A DNA stretch of 32,000 nucleotides from Zestosphaera tikiterensis (GCA_003056265.1 NBVN01000002.1:1-32000); one strand, 5' to 3'; positions 18,716 through 27,892 are shown, numbered from the stretch's first letter. Notes: generated by a model not told the origin, from the sequence alone. Made by a program: numbers and translations.

Positions 18716-19253
18716 TACCTATCACCTTCTTCCTCCATATATTAACTAAGGCATGTACTATCGTTAAGAGAACTCTTTCTTCAGGTAGGACTTTATCTAA
18801 ATACTCGTCGATATTATCCCCGCTTAGAAGCACTAACCTTAAGAGCTTCCTTAACCTAAGCTGGATTAAATCATCTGAGTTGCTTTCAAGCTTTACTAAA
18901 GTTATTGCTGTATCCGGGTTTGAAACAGACTCCTTCTTAAGCGATTTAAATAAGTCCCTCACCTCAACAAAAAACCTACTCCTCAACTGACTAAACTCAG
19001 ATTCCTTCAAGCCTTTCTCCGTTACTAACGCTTTAGCCACATCCTGATATGTTGTCGTAGGCTCCCGTATGTCGACGTACCCACCCTCACTTAACACTTT
19101 AGCTAACCAATAAGGTAGGCTTGCCTCACTCCCTCTAGAAAGGATTTCAGACCCCTCACTCCATGTAAACTTACCTAAGTCTTTAAGCACAGCTACCTTA
19201 ACAGGACTCACCTTATGTAAACACATCACCAAACCTAACAAAGAGTCGAACAT
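18708..19253 (-). CDS. GINS subunit (Gins23-like)
   Basis: 181 aa immediately upstream of mcm, overlapping its start by 8 nt. This is the gins23-mcm arrangement known from Sulfolobus. VKVAVLKDLGKFTWSEGSEILSRGSEASLPYWLAKVLSEGGYVDI fits the GINS pattern (LP.W.A..L...G). Confidence 0.55.
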   Translation of the reverse strand: MFDSLLGLVMCLHKVSPVKVAVLKDLGKFTWSEGSEILSRGSEASLPYWLAKVLSEGGYVDIREPTTTYQDVAKALVTEKGLKESEFSQLRSRFFVEVRDLFKSLKKESVSNPDTAITLVKLESNSDDLIQLRLRKLLRLVLLSGDNIDEYLDKVLPEERVLLTIVHALVNIWRKKVIGSE

Positions 19254-19410
19254 CGCACTCCGGATATACTTAGTTATTACAATTAATTTAACCTCTAATC
19301 CCTAACAAACACATACTTAGGTTTAAGCATTCAGTAATACCAACCTTACCAGTTGCGATTCTGAATACTAAAGCATGAACTGTAAGTAATACCTGACCAG
19401 GCCGTAAGTG

Positions 19411-19503
<93 letters not shown>

Positions 19504-19561
19504 TCCTTTAAAGTGATTTAACTGAAGCTTTTAAGCGTTATTAAACGTTGTGTTGTAAAAG

Positions 19562-19632
19562 ATCTACAGTCCGTAACACGAGCCTTCATCATATATCAGT
19601 CGGCGACTAATCTTCATCCAGTTAAGATATGC
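19562..19632 (-). ncRNA. C/D-box-like sRNA candidate (perfect internal D'/C' boxes, degenerate terminal boxes)
   Basis: Minus strand: AUCUUAAC-UGGAUGA-(14 nt)-CUGA-UAU-AUGAUGA-AGGCUCGUGUUA(12 nt)-CGGA-CUGUAGAUC-UUUU. On plus coordinates: GGAUGA 19614-19619, CUGA 19596-19599, AUGAUGA 19586-19592, CGGA 19570-19573. A/T-rich TATA-like boxes lie about 20-30 nt upstream, and a T4 run follows. Confidence 0.3.
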
Positions 19633-19735
19633 TTTAAAACTCTTAAATTCTTGTTGTGAGGTTCAATACATGGTGTTTGTAGAGGATGTGTATTTATTTT
19701 ACGTTTTTAAGATATATTCATGTAAGGTGAACGTT

Positions 19736-20302
19736 GTGTTTGAAATAAGATGGCATGGAAGAGGCGGTATGGGCGCCGTGACTGCCGCCGACATAACGGC
19801 GTCGGCAGCTATTAAAGCAGGTTATTACGCCCTTGCCTTCCCAGAGTTTGGTGCTGAGAGGAGAGGAGCACCAGTAACCGCTTACACTCGCATCGACGAG
19901 AGGGTGATATATGATAGATCACCTATTGAAGAACCGGACGCCGTCGTCGTTTTAGACCCTACGATGATAACATCACCTAGGGTTTTAGCCGGAATTAAAG
20001 ATGGTGGCTACTTAATCGTGAACACCGCTAAAGACCCGAAGCAGGTGGTTGAGGAGGTAGGTCTTAAAGGAAGGAAGCTTACCGTAGCAACGGTAGACGC
20101 CACAGATCTAGCTATGAAGGTCTTTAACCTCCCAATCGTTAACACGGCGATGGTAGGTGCTTTAATAAGTACTACTAAGTTACTACCTTTAGATAGGGTT
20201 CTCGAGGTAGTTAATGAAAAATTCTCAGGTAGGATAGCTTCCTTAAACGCGCAATTAATTAAGCAAGCTTACGAGTTAGTTAAGGTGGTGAAGCATGAGT
20301 AA
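19736..20302 (+). CDS. 2-oxoacid:ferredoxin oxidoreductase, gamma subunit (POR/VOR type)
   Basis: GTG 19736 gives MFEIRWHGRGGMGAVTAA, the typical gamma-subunit N-terminus. The track start at 19670 adds an implausible leader. The TATA-like TTTTTAAGATATATT at 19704-19718 lies about 25 nt upstream. The gene overlaps the delta gene by 8 nt. Confidence 0.85.
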   Translation: MFEIRWHGRGGMGAVTAADITASAAIKAGYYALAFPEFGAERRGAPVTAYTRIDERVIYDRSPIEEPDAVVVLDPTMITSPRVLAGIKDGGYLIVNTAKDPKQVVEEVGLKGRKLTVATVDATDLAMKVFNLPIVNTAMVGALISTTKLLPLDRVLEVVNEKFSGRIASLNAQLIKQAYELVKVVKHE

Positions 20303-20615
20303 ATCCCTCCCGTCTTGGAGAGAATTACCTATAGGGGCGGTGATACTGCAGCCGGGTTCTACGGTAAGGTATAAAACACATGAATGGAGGACGTTACGCC
20401 CTGTGATAAATCAAGATAAATGCATAAGATGTCGTCTCTGCTGGGCTTACTGCCCTGAAGGAACGATATTAGAGTTGGATAAGCCATACACCACCAAGGC
20501 AGGTAAGGTCTACAACATAACGTATGAGGTAAACTACGACTACTGTAAGGGTTGCGGTGTTTGCGCTTATGAATGTCCGGTTAAAGCCATTGAAATGGTT
20601 CCTGAGGTGAGGTAA
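20295..20615 (+). CDS. 2-oxoacid:ferredoxin oxidoreductase, delta subunit (2x[4Fe-4S] ferredoxin-like)
   Basis: 106 aa with two cluster motifs, CIRCRLCWAYCP and CKGCGVCAYECP. A GGUGGUGA Shine-Dalgarno-like sequence precedes the ATG. Confidence 0.85.
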   Translation: MSKSLPSWRELPIGAVILQPGSTVRYKTHEWRTLRPVINQDKCIRCRLCWAYCPEGTILELDKPYTTKAGKVYNITYEVNYDYCKGCGVCAYECPVKAIEMVPEVR

Positions 20616-21797
20616 ATGAAGCATAAAGTACCTTTATCTGGGAATTCAGCCGTAGCTTACGCCGTTAAAGCTATGGACGTCGACGTAGTTTCAGCATATC
20701 CGATAACACCTCAAACAACCATAGTTGAGAAGATAGCGGAGTTCGTAGCCAACGGTGAGTTAGACGCTAAAGTAATACATGTGGAGTCGGAGCACTCCGC
20801 GCTTTCAGCAGCTGTAGGGGCTTCCGCGACCGGAGCTAGGATTTTCACGGCCTCATCCTCTCAAGGCATAGCTTTAATGTATGAGATAATGTTTATTGCG
20901 TCCTCCATGCGGTTACCGATAGTTATGACTATAGCTACTAGAGCGCTTTCAGCACCTATAAATATTTGGAACGATCACAGCGACTTTATGGCAGTATCCG
21001 ATACTGGGTGGGTTATGATGATGGCTGAAAACAATCAAGAAGCCCACGACGATGTAGTGTTGGCTTACAGAATAGCTGAAGACCCGCGGGTATTGTTGCC
21101 TGTTGCTACAGCTTTAGACGGCTTTTTCATGACGCATACGATAGAACCGATAGAAGTGATAAGTAGGGAGGAAGGTTTAGAATTCGCTCCTAAAAAGAAA
21201 ACTTGGTATACTTTAGATCCTGATAACCCAGTAACGATGGGGGCTTTAGGCGATCCTAACTGGTACTTCGAGTTTAAGAAGCAGCAATACGAAGCTTTAA
21301 AGAACTCAAGAACTGTTTTCGACGAAGCCGTTAAGGAGTTTGAGAAGAAATTCGGTCGTTCCTACGGGCCTGTGGAATATTTCGGTAATGAAGACGCTGA
21401 GGTAGTGTTGGTGGCTATGGGTCACGTTTCAGGTAATATCAAGGCGTTCATAGAGAAAACAAGCGCTGGAAACGTAGGCTTACTCAGGGTTAAGCTCTAC
21501 AGACCCTTCCCTGAGGACTTGATAGTCAAACACTTAGAGAATGCTGAGATTGTGGGCGTTATCGATAGAGCTTTAGTGCCTGGATCACCTTACGGTGGAC
21601 CTCTATATAGCGACGTAATTGTAACGTTAAGTAAGAACAACTTAAGTAAGAAGGTAGTTGATTTCATCGCTGGGTTGGGAGGTAGGCCCGTTACGTTAGG
21701 TCATATAAAGAACATCGTCGAGAAGTTGGAGGAGCTTAAGTTAAAGCCTCAGAAAGACCTGCCTAAAGAACCTCTTTTCGTTGGGGTGAGAGAATGA
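20616..21797 (+). CDS. 2-oxoacid:ferredoxin oxidoreductase, alpha subunit
   Basis: 393 aa: GNSAVAYAVKAMDVDVVSAYPITPQT, VESEHSALSAAVGASATGARIFTASSSQG. The gene abuts the delta stop codon directly. Confidence 0.9.
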   Translation: MKHKVPLSGNSAVAYAVKAMDVDVVSAYPITPQTTIVEKIAEFVANGELDAKVIHVESEHSALSAAVGASATGARIFTASSSQGIALMYEIMFIASSMRLPIVMTIATRALSAPINIWNDHSDFMAVSDTGWVMMMAENNQEAHDDVVLAYRIAEDPRVLLPVATALDGFFMTHTIEPIEVISREEGLEFAPKKKTWYTLDPDNPVTMGALGDPNWYFEFKKQQYEALKNSRTVFDEAVKEFEKKFGRSYGPVEYFGNEDAEVVLVAMGHVSGNIKAFIEKTSAGNVGLLRVKLYRPFPEDLIVKHLENAEIVGVIDRALVPGSPYGGPLYSDVIVTLSKNNLSKKVVDFIAGLGGRPVTLGHIKNIVEKLEELKLKPQKDLPKEPLFVGVRE

Positions 21798-22738
21798 GCA
21801 GACCACTTACTATAAGGGACTTACCTAGGGAGGAACGTTTCGCGCCAGGGCATAGGATGTGTCAGGGTTGCGGAGCCGCAATATTAATGAGGCACATAAC
21901 TAAAGCCGTGCCTAAAGACACGATAATAACGCAAGCCACGGGATGCGTTGAAGTCACAACTACTCTATATCCGGAGACCGCGTGGAAACATCCTTGGATT
22001 CACGTAGCGTTTGAAAATGCTGCCGCCGTGGCTTCAGGAGTTGAAGCAGCGTTAAAAGCTCTTAAGAGGAAGGGCGTCATACCGGAGAGTAAGGATGTGA
22101 AGGTACTGTCGATGGGCGGCGACGGCGGCACGTTCGACATAGGCATTCAAGCATTATCTGGAATGCTTGAGAGAGGTCACGACGTGCTGTATATAGTGTA
22201 TGATAACGAGGCCTACATGAATACAGGCATTCAAAGAAGTGGAGCAACGCCCTTCGGTGCGTGGACTACAACAACGCCTGTTGGGAAGGTATGGCGTGGT
22301 GAGTGGAGGAGGAAGAAAGACATAATAAGTATTGCGTTAGCCCATCGCGTGCCTTACGTAGCTACTGTAAATCCCGCTTTCCTACCCGACCTCTACGAAA
22401 AGATTAGGAAGGCGTTGAGCATAAAGGGACCGAAGCTAATACATGCGTTCTCACCATGCGTGCCTGGATGGAGGTACGAGCCTGAGCTCACCATCGCTAT
22501 AGCTAAGATGGCTGTATTTACAGGCGTGTGGGTGAACTACGAAGTGGAGAATGGGGAATTCCGCGTAACAACGCCGGTGCCTAAGAGAAAGCCCGTAGAG
22601 GAGTATCTTAAACTTCAAGGCAGGTTTAGACATTTAACAGCTCAGGAAATCAGCGAGATTCAAAAATATGTTGATGAGCAGGTAGAACACATCAATAAGT
22701 TAGCTGGTAAGGTAGTTATAGGTCCGGTAGAGAGGTAG
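21794..22738 (+). CDS. 2-oxoacid:ferredoxin oxidoreductase, beta subunit (TPP-binding)
   Basis: 314 aa with CQGCG (Fe-S ligands), GCVEV, the TPP motif MGGDGGTFDIGIQALSG...YDNEAYMNTGIQ, and an ATGA overlap with the alpha gene. Confidence 0.9.
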   Translation: MSRPLTIRDLPREERFAPGHRMCQGCGAAILMRHITKAVPKDTIITQATGCVEVTTTLYPETAWKHPWIHVAFENAAAVASGVEAALKALKRKGVIPESKDVKVLSMGGDGGTFDIGIQALSGMLERGHDVLYIVYDNEAYMNTGIQRSGATPFGAWTTTTPVGKVWRGEWRRKKDIISIALAHRVPYVATVNPAFLPDLYEKIRKALSIKGPKLIHAFSPCVPGWRYEPELTIAIAKMAVFTGVWVNYEVENGEFRVTTPVPKRKPVEEYLKLQGRFRHLTAQEISEIQKYVDEQVEHINKLAGKVVIGPVER

Positions 22739-22740
22739 GT

Positions 22741-23607
22741 TTACGTAAGTTCTTTAATTAATGAGGTATATTTTTTCACGATATCTAACCTAACTTTTGA
22801 GTTTACTTTTCTAACCTCAACTTCAAAAACGCTTGGATCCATATCCTTGTAGAAGTCTACTACGTCGCCATCGCTGTTAATAAGGTATGTTGGTTGCTGT
22901 ACGTCTTCTGTGCTTAGATACCCTCCTAAACCTATCACGGGTAGGCAGTTCTCAACAGCTCTGGCTATGCTTAAGTTAAGCGTTAGTGTGGGGTCCCTCT
23001 CCGTGAGTAAGGGAGGGTTGACGGCCACTATAGCGTCACTACCGGAAAACTTACATATTCTAGCTACCTCAGGTACTTCCAAATCTTTAATGAAGAGAAA
23101 ACATAAATCCACGTTAGCCACCTTAGCTAACTCCACATTCTTACTGGATGAGATCACTAAGTTAGGAGGTATGAAACTCCTTCCTTTAAACATATAATGC
23201 CCTAAAGGTGAGATTATTAAAGTAGTCATGTAAACTTTACTGCCTGCTTTACGTAGAACTGGAGTTATTATTAAAGGTATTCGTTTATCCCTAGCCAGTA
23301 AGGAAAGCCTGTTTGTTAACGTCCTTAAATTATTCCTGTAGGATGTGTAGTCTTTCCTACCGTTTATAAAATCCCTGAGGGCGTTTGCCGGAGGTAAAGT
23401 TAAAAGCGCTGAAACATTCTTTGAGACTTGATTTAACACCTCTTTTAAAGATTCGATGTAGCTTCTAGAGCCTTTGCTTAAATCAAGCCTAGCTACCGCT
23501 ATTAAGTTAGAACTCTGATTAGTTGATTTACCCGCGTAAGGGTTAAGCCTCTGCAAAAGCGCCACCGCGTAGTAGTTTATATCTACGTATCTCTTCAAAC
23601 AATTCAT
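22741..23607 (-). CDS. Hypothetical protein with weak carbon-nitrogen hydrolase (nitrilase-superfamily)-like pattern, possibly catalytically degenerate
   Basis: 288 aa. LIAVARLDL (first strand), YMFKGRSF (Lys region) and VDLCFLFIKDLEVPEVAR (compare ICYDLRFPE with its catalytic Cys) fit the pattern. Where the family has the catalytic Glu (VFPE), this protein has LTLPPA. The only usable start codons overlap the rgy 3' end by up to 65 nt. Confidence 0.35.
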   Translation of the reverse strand: MNCLKRYVDINYYAVALLQRLNPYAGKSTNQSSNLIAVARLDLSKGSRSYIESLKEVLNQVSKNVSALLTLPPANALRDFINGRKDYTSYRNNLRTLTNRLSLLARDKRIPLIITPVLRKAGSKVYMTTLIISPLGHYMFKGRSFIPPNLVISSSKNVELAKVANVDLCFLFIKDLEVPEVARICKFSGSDAIVAVNPPLLTERDPTLTLNLSIARAVENCLPVIGLGGYLSTEDVQQPTYLINSDGDVVDFYKDMDPSVFEVEVRKVNSKVRLDIVKKYTSLIKELT

Positions 23608-26600
23608 TAAGTATTAAGCCGTAGTGTGCCTTCCCTTCCTCCATATCTCGAATCATCCTCTCTAGAAGTCTTGTCCTTTCCTCACTAACTAATCCATTAT
23701 AGTTTGTAGTCAGATATTCATAAACTTTAATACCTAGTAGAAGCGGTACAAGACCTTGATTCCTACCTTTACTTACCATAACATACCTACGCTTTATTAC
23801 CGTGTCTATTATTTTAGCGTATGTTGAAGGCCTTCCTATCTCCTTCTCCTTCATGGTTTTAACTAACGTAGCCTGAGTATGCAGTTGTTTAGTGAACCAC
23901 TCCCTAATTAAGCATTTATCCGCGGTTAAGATGTAAAGCCCTGGTTCAGGGGCTTTCTTAACTCTCACGACCTCGTATACTTTGTTAAACCCGTCGAATA
24001 ACATGTCACTGTAGAATTGAATCTCGTAAGGCTCTAGCTGATATACCTCACCGTCCTCAAAGATTAAATCAACCTTAACCTTAACGCTTTTCTTAAATGC
24101 TTCAGCTGGCTTCATCTGTGAAGCTATGAAACGCCGGAATATCAAGTCATAAACTCTGAAGTGCTCAACCCTAACCTTCTTAACAGGTTCTATAACGCCT
24201 TCAGCTATTAACTCCCTCAATAAACCGGCGTCGAGAGGTCTTGTAGGTCTAATGCATTCATGCGCGCCCTCCCCACTCCATACCCTAGGTGTGAAGTACT
24301 TGTGGAGATCATCCTTTAGAAGGTCACTTAGGTATTCCCTCGCTATTGAAATACCGACGTCAGACACTCTAACACTGTCTGTTCTGTGGTATGTTATGAA
24401 GCCTAATTCGAAGAGGTCTTGAAGGATGTCCATAACCTTAGTCGTCGACATCCCCAGCCTAGACGAGATCTCGGAGAGGGCTGTGTCTGTGGAGTAAGGC
24501 GGTAACGGCGGTATTTGCTCCACGCCTAAATCCCTAACTTCTAAGTTTACCTTCACCTCCTTCAACCCTAAGCGTCTCCCATTCTTTACCTTAGCCCTCA
24601 CTTCATTAGGTATGGGTAGCTCCACCCTAAAATCATCTATGTTTACTATGACGAATAACGTCTTTGACTTAACGTACTCATCATACCTTTCGATAATCCA
24701 ACCCAACACAGGTGTTTGAACCCTACCAGCGCTTAAGTTTCTATACCTTTCTTTAAAGTCTGAACAAAGCTTCTGATACCTTAAGTACTTCCTACTCTCG
24801 GTCTCAACCGCTTTTTGACTTACGTATTTACAGAACACATCCCTCCAAAAACGGGTCTGCAGGTCTTCCGAGAGTGTAAAGCCGATCCACCTGTCTTCAA
24901 TCCTTCTGATTAACTGCGCCTTCACTAAGTTCTCATCTATATCTCTAGGGTTCTTCATAGCGTTTAATATAGCGCGTCTAGTAACTTCATGGAATTCTAT
25001 CCTCTTCACATGTTTATTCATAGGAAGTAAAACATGTTTTAAATCGTAAGCTATCTTCTCACCTTCCGTGTCCGGATCCGTTCCCAACCAAACCTCATCT
25101 ACTTCAAGCGCAACATCCCTAACCGCGTTAATCACGTCTATACTGTCCGCCACGTTAACTGAGCCGCAAACAGGGCATTTAACCTCCGCGTTAGATCTCT
25201 CAACAACGAATTGATGTCCGCAGTTTAAACACCTCTTTATGGTTTCGTATATAGGTATGAAGGGAACTTTATCTTTTGAATCCCTCCTGTAAGCCACGCT
25301 GTAGATATTCTCTACCTTTTCTGAAGTTAATTCAGTCAGTAACTCATATATGTGTCCTCCACTAGCTGTTATTAATAACGTATAGTTGCCGATGTTAACT
25401 TCATAAACCTTAAGCCTTCCGTAATCTCTTGAGCTAGGCCTTCCGAAAAGCCTGGCTATAGTTCTTGCTTTATTAGGTGATTCAACAACCATTAAAACTG
25501 TTTTCAACTCGGGTACTTTACCTTTAACTAACTCCTCTAAAACAACTCCCTGATAGATCTTCAGAATAGCCTCACGAGTTTCCTTAATCTCCTTTAAAAC
25601 CTTATTTAAATCTACTTCCTTAAAGTTCGTAAATGTGAATTCATCGATTAACAGCCTAAGTCTTTTCTCCAGACCTTTAAGTAGCCTTACATCTGAAGTA
25701 ATAACTACGGAAAGCCCTTTACTTATACCTCCTAAGAAAAGCCTTGAAGTTCTTCCAGTAGCTTGAATGTATGTTGGGGCGTCCGGTATTAACACGTATA
25801 GACTACCTCTATCTTCAACTACGGATACTTCAGTAAGGTTCTTAATGGATGATATGATCTCCTCACGCGATAGTAAATCCTTAAGTTTATGGTAGGCTTT
25901 AAGGATAAGCTCCTCAGCGTTTGTCTGTGGTTTCCTAGATCCTGAGAGAACCTCCTTCGATGCTTGAAGGAAGATCGCTCCAGCCCTTCGGAAAACCCTC
26001 CTAAGCTTTATGAAGGTGTTTTCAAGATCTTGCTTTTCCTGCGCGTCTTTAACGGCGTCTCTAACTATAGGTAACAACCTAAGGATGTCTTGAGGTTCTA
26101 ACCTCTCCGTCCTTAAGTTTATCTTATGTCTTGGCGGCTCTATAAACACAGCGTATCTTATGTGAACAGGTAGGTCAATACCCCTAACTAAAACTCCGTA
26201 GTACGTTGCTACACCAACTAAAACCTCCACTTCATTTCTGATGAACATGTCTAGAGCTTTCACGTTTTTACTGTGTATTGCTTGAGCTTTGATGCCGTTC
26301 TCGTTTAAGAACTTGGCTAAAGCGTTAGCGTATTCTATACCTAAATCTATAGGTACGTATACTAAACCACCACCGCCTAAAGTCCTCAGTAGATTCAGTA
26401 AAACGTGTTCTGCTTCCTTTAAATCCTTAACCTCAACGTATGTGTCTTCAACATTCCTTATGAATTCAGGCCTCGCACCTATTTCAAACCCCATCAACTC
26501 TCTAAACAGTTTTACACGTGTTCCCCGCGGGTTGCCCGTAGCGGAAGCTACTATAAGTACCTTACCCTCCCTATTCCTCAACTCTAGAGACTTCTTCAAA

Positions 26601-27412
26601 ACGTTAATCCTACTCATAAGTTCCGGGGACTCTCCCTTATAGGCTAACTCCCTCTTAAGCCGTACTAACTCAAGCCCTTTAGCTAAGTCCTCCTCTGTGA
26701 AACCCATAAGCTCAAGTATGTAGTTTATAGCTTTAGACCCCTTTAAAACAGCGTCTACGTCGTCTACGAATATGAAGCTAAAGTTATGTTTTCGAATCCT
26801 ATCGAAGTTTTTCATAAAGTATCTCGACGTAGTTACTAATATGTCGAAGTTGCCGTCGAGGTTTGCCTCCCTACGTAACTTCTCACTTTTCCTTAACTTA
26901 GAATGTATTACCAACACATCTGCGTAGAACCCAACCCTCTCCATAATTTCGTTTATCTTCCTCTCTAACTGCATAGCTAAGGTAGTGGTGGGAACTAAGA
27001 TGTAGGATTTCTCGCCTTTCTTAGCTTTATATAGGGCTGTAACCAACCCAAACGTAGTTTTACCTATGCCTGTAGGGGCTATCATAGCGAAAGACGCTTT
27101 CTTAGCCACCCTCTTAATCCATAACCTCTGAATACTCCAAGGCTCGCTACCCACACACCTCTTGAAAAACTCACTCAACTCCCTTGATTCTTTATCTATG
27201 TAGTCCACATACGCAAGCTTCTTAAGAAACCCCCTAGCCCTTAACTCCTTAACCACGTTTTCCAAGGAAGCTTCTTTAAGCGGGGTAGGCAAGCATGTAG
27301 AGCAGGGTAAACCCAACCTCAACCTAGTATCGCTAATAAAACCTCCGCAATTAGGGCAGGCACTACCATACACTACATACTCAGCTTCCCTTACCTCATC
27401 CTCTAAAGGCAT
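23543..27412 (-). CDS. rgy: Reverse gyrase (helicase-like domain fused to type IA topoisomerase)
   Basis: N-terminal Zn finger CPNCGG...CSTC; helicase motifs APTGIGKTT, FVDDVDAV, SATG, TGRTSR; Toprim VVESPNKARTIA and GTDPDTEGEKIA; internal Zn ribbon CLNCGH...CPVCGS; topoisomerase IA active-site region GFITYHRTDS. ATG 27412 (MPLEDEV) is preferred over the track start TTG 27424. Confidence 0.95.
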   Translation of the reverse strand: MPLEDEVREAEYVVYGSACPNCGGFISDTRLRLGLPCSTCLPTPLKEASLENVVKELRARGFLKKLAYVDYIDKESRELSEFFKRCVGSEPWSIQRLWIKRVAKKASFAMIAPTGIGKTTFGLVTALYKAKKGEKSYILVPTTTLAMQLERKINEIMERVGFYADVLVIHSKLRKSEKLRREANLDGNFDILVTTSRYFMKNFDRIRKHNFSFIFVDDVDAVLKGSKAINYILELMGFTEEDLAKGLELVRLKRELAYKGESPELMSRINVLKKSLELRNREGKVLIVASATGNPRGTRVKLFRELMGFEIGARPEFIRNVEDTYVEVKDLKEAEHVLLNLLRTLGGGGLVYVPIDLGIEYANALAKFLNENGIKAQAIHSKNVKALDMFIRNEVEVLVGVATYYGVLVRGIDLPVHIRYAVFIEPPRHKINLRTERLEPQDILRLLPIVRDAVKDAQEKQDLENTFIKLRRVFRRAGAIFLQASKEVLSGSRKPQTNAEELILKAYHKLKDLLSREEIISSIKNLTEVSVVEDRGSLYVLIPDAPTYIQATGRTSRLFLGGISKGLSVVITSDVRLLKGLEKRLRLLIDEFTFTNFKEVDLNKVLKEIKETREAILKIYQGVVLEELVKGKVPELKTVLMVVESPNKARTIARLFGRPSSRDYGRLKVYEVNIGNYTLLITASGGHIYELLTELTSEKVENIYSVAYRRDSKDKVPFIPIYETIKRCLNCGHQFVVERSNAEVKCPVCGSVNVADSIDVINAVRDVALEVDEVWLGTDPDTEGEKIAYDLKHVLLPMNKHVKRIEFHEVTRRAILNAMKNPRDIDENLVKAQLIRRIEDRWIGFTLSEDLQTRFWRDVFCKYVSQKAVETESRKYLRYQKLCSDFKERYRNLSAGRVQTPVLGWIIERYDEYVKSKTLFVIVNIDDFRVELPIPNEVRAKVKNGRRLGLKEVKVNLEVRDLGVEQIPPLPPYSTDTALSEISSRLGMSTTKVMDILQDLFELGFITYHRTDSVRVSDVGISIAREYLSDLLKDDLHKYFTPRVWSGEGAHECIRPTRPLDAGLLRELIAEGVIEPVKKVRVEHFRVYDLIFRRFIASQMKPAEAFKKSVKVKVDLIFEDGEVYQLEPYEIQFYSDMLFDGFNKVYEVVRVKKAPEPGLYILTADKCLIREWFTKQLHTQATLVKTMKEKEIGRPSTYAKIIDTVIKRRYVMVSKGRNQGLVPLLLGIKVYEYLTTNYNGLVSEERTRLLERMIRDMEEGKAHYGLILNELFEEIRRYKLLRGGAFAEA

Positions 27413-27709
27413 CTTCAACCTCAAGAATAAAATAAAGCATAAACGTTATTAAAAAGCTAACGACATTACCTCAACTACTAAAACGAGGGGAAATCTGCTT
27501 AACCTACTATTTTAGCGGCATGCGTTAACTAGGAAATAATCCATGAAAGCTTTTAAATACTTCGTTAAATAACAACTAAAACAGTAACAGTAAGAAAAGA
27601 CTGAAAATGAAGGTATGATCAATACTATATAACCACCGGAGTTAAAGATCCCGCTATTAATGGGACTTCAGATATAAATTGCTGAAACGTTTTTAAGTTT
27701 AGGGGGTAA

Positions 27710-27892
27710 ATTACGTTCTTTATTAAGAGACCTTGCGAGTTTAGGAAGGAATTGTTTGATAGAGATGAAGAGCTTGAGTTAGCTCTTAAGTGTGTTAGGA
27801 GCGGTGTCTGGATAGCTATCTTAGGCTTACGAATGTCTGGTAAGACTAGCTTAGCTAAGGTTGTAGCTAATGAGCTGAGGAGGGAGGGTTAG
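27710..27892 (+). pseudogene. N-terminal fragment (~60 codons) of an archaeal ATPase (PF01637-like, Walker A region), truncated
   Basis: The frame is open from just after the stop at 27707-27709 to the TAG at 27890-27892. It reads ...RPCEFRKELFDRDEELELALKCVRSGVWIAILGLRMSGKTSLAKVVANELRREG*. The FxDREEEL...GxRRxGKTSL pattern marks the N-terminus of the abundant archaeal ATPase family, normally about 350-450 aa. There is no ATG or GTG start, and the frame stops right after the P-loop helix. Confidence 0.55.

Noticed and set aside
16704-18990. Plus-strand ORFs 16704..17027, 17259..17567, 18279..18524 and 18700..18990 inside mcm and gins
   Set aside because: They are antisense shadow ORFs with Ser/Ala/Leu-rich junk translations, and there is no room for promoters.
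26289-26642. 117-aa plus-strand ORF inside reverse gyrase, plus similar short antisense ORFs at 2845..3057, 4513..4698, 7319..7507, 11631..11816, 11937..12140, 15456..15662, 22451..22633, 22910..23197
   Set aside because: All lie wholly within, or antisense to, well-supported genes, and their translations are compositionally implausible.
27425-27709. Possible small RNA or C/D box element in the rgy upstream spacer (AAAUGAAGG ... GCUGAAAC)
   Set aside because: The boxes are imperfect and their spacing is wrong: far more than 12 nt between candidate boxes, with no C'/D' pair. The region is AT-rich without stems and is more simply read as promoter or spacer DNA.
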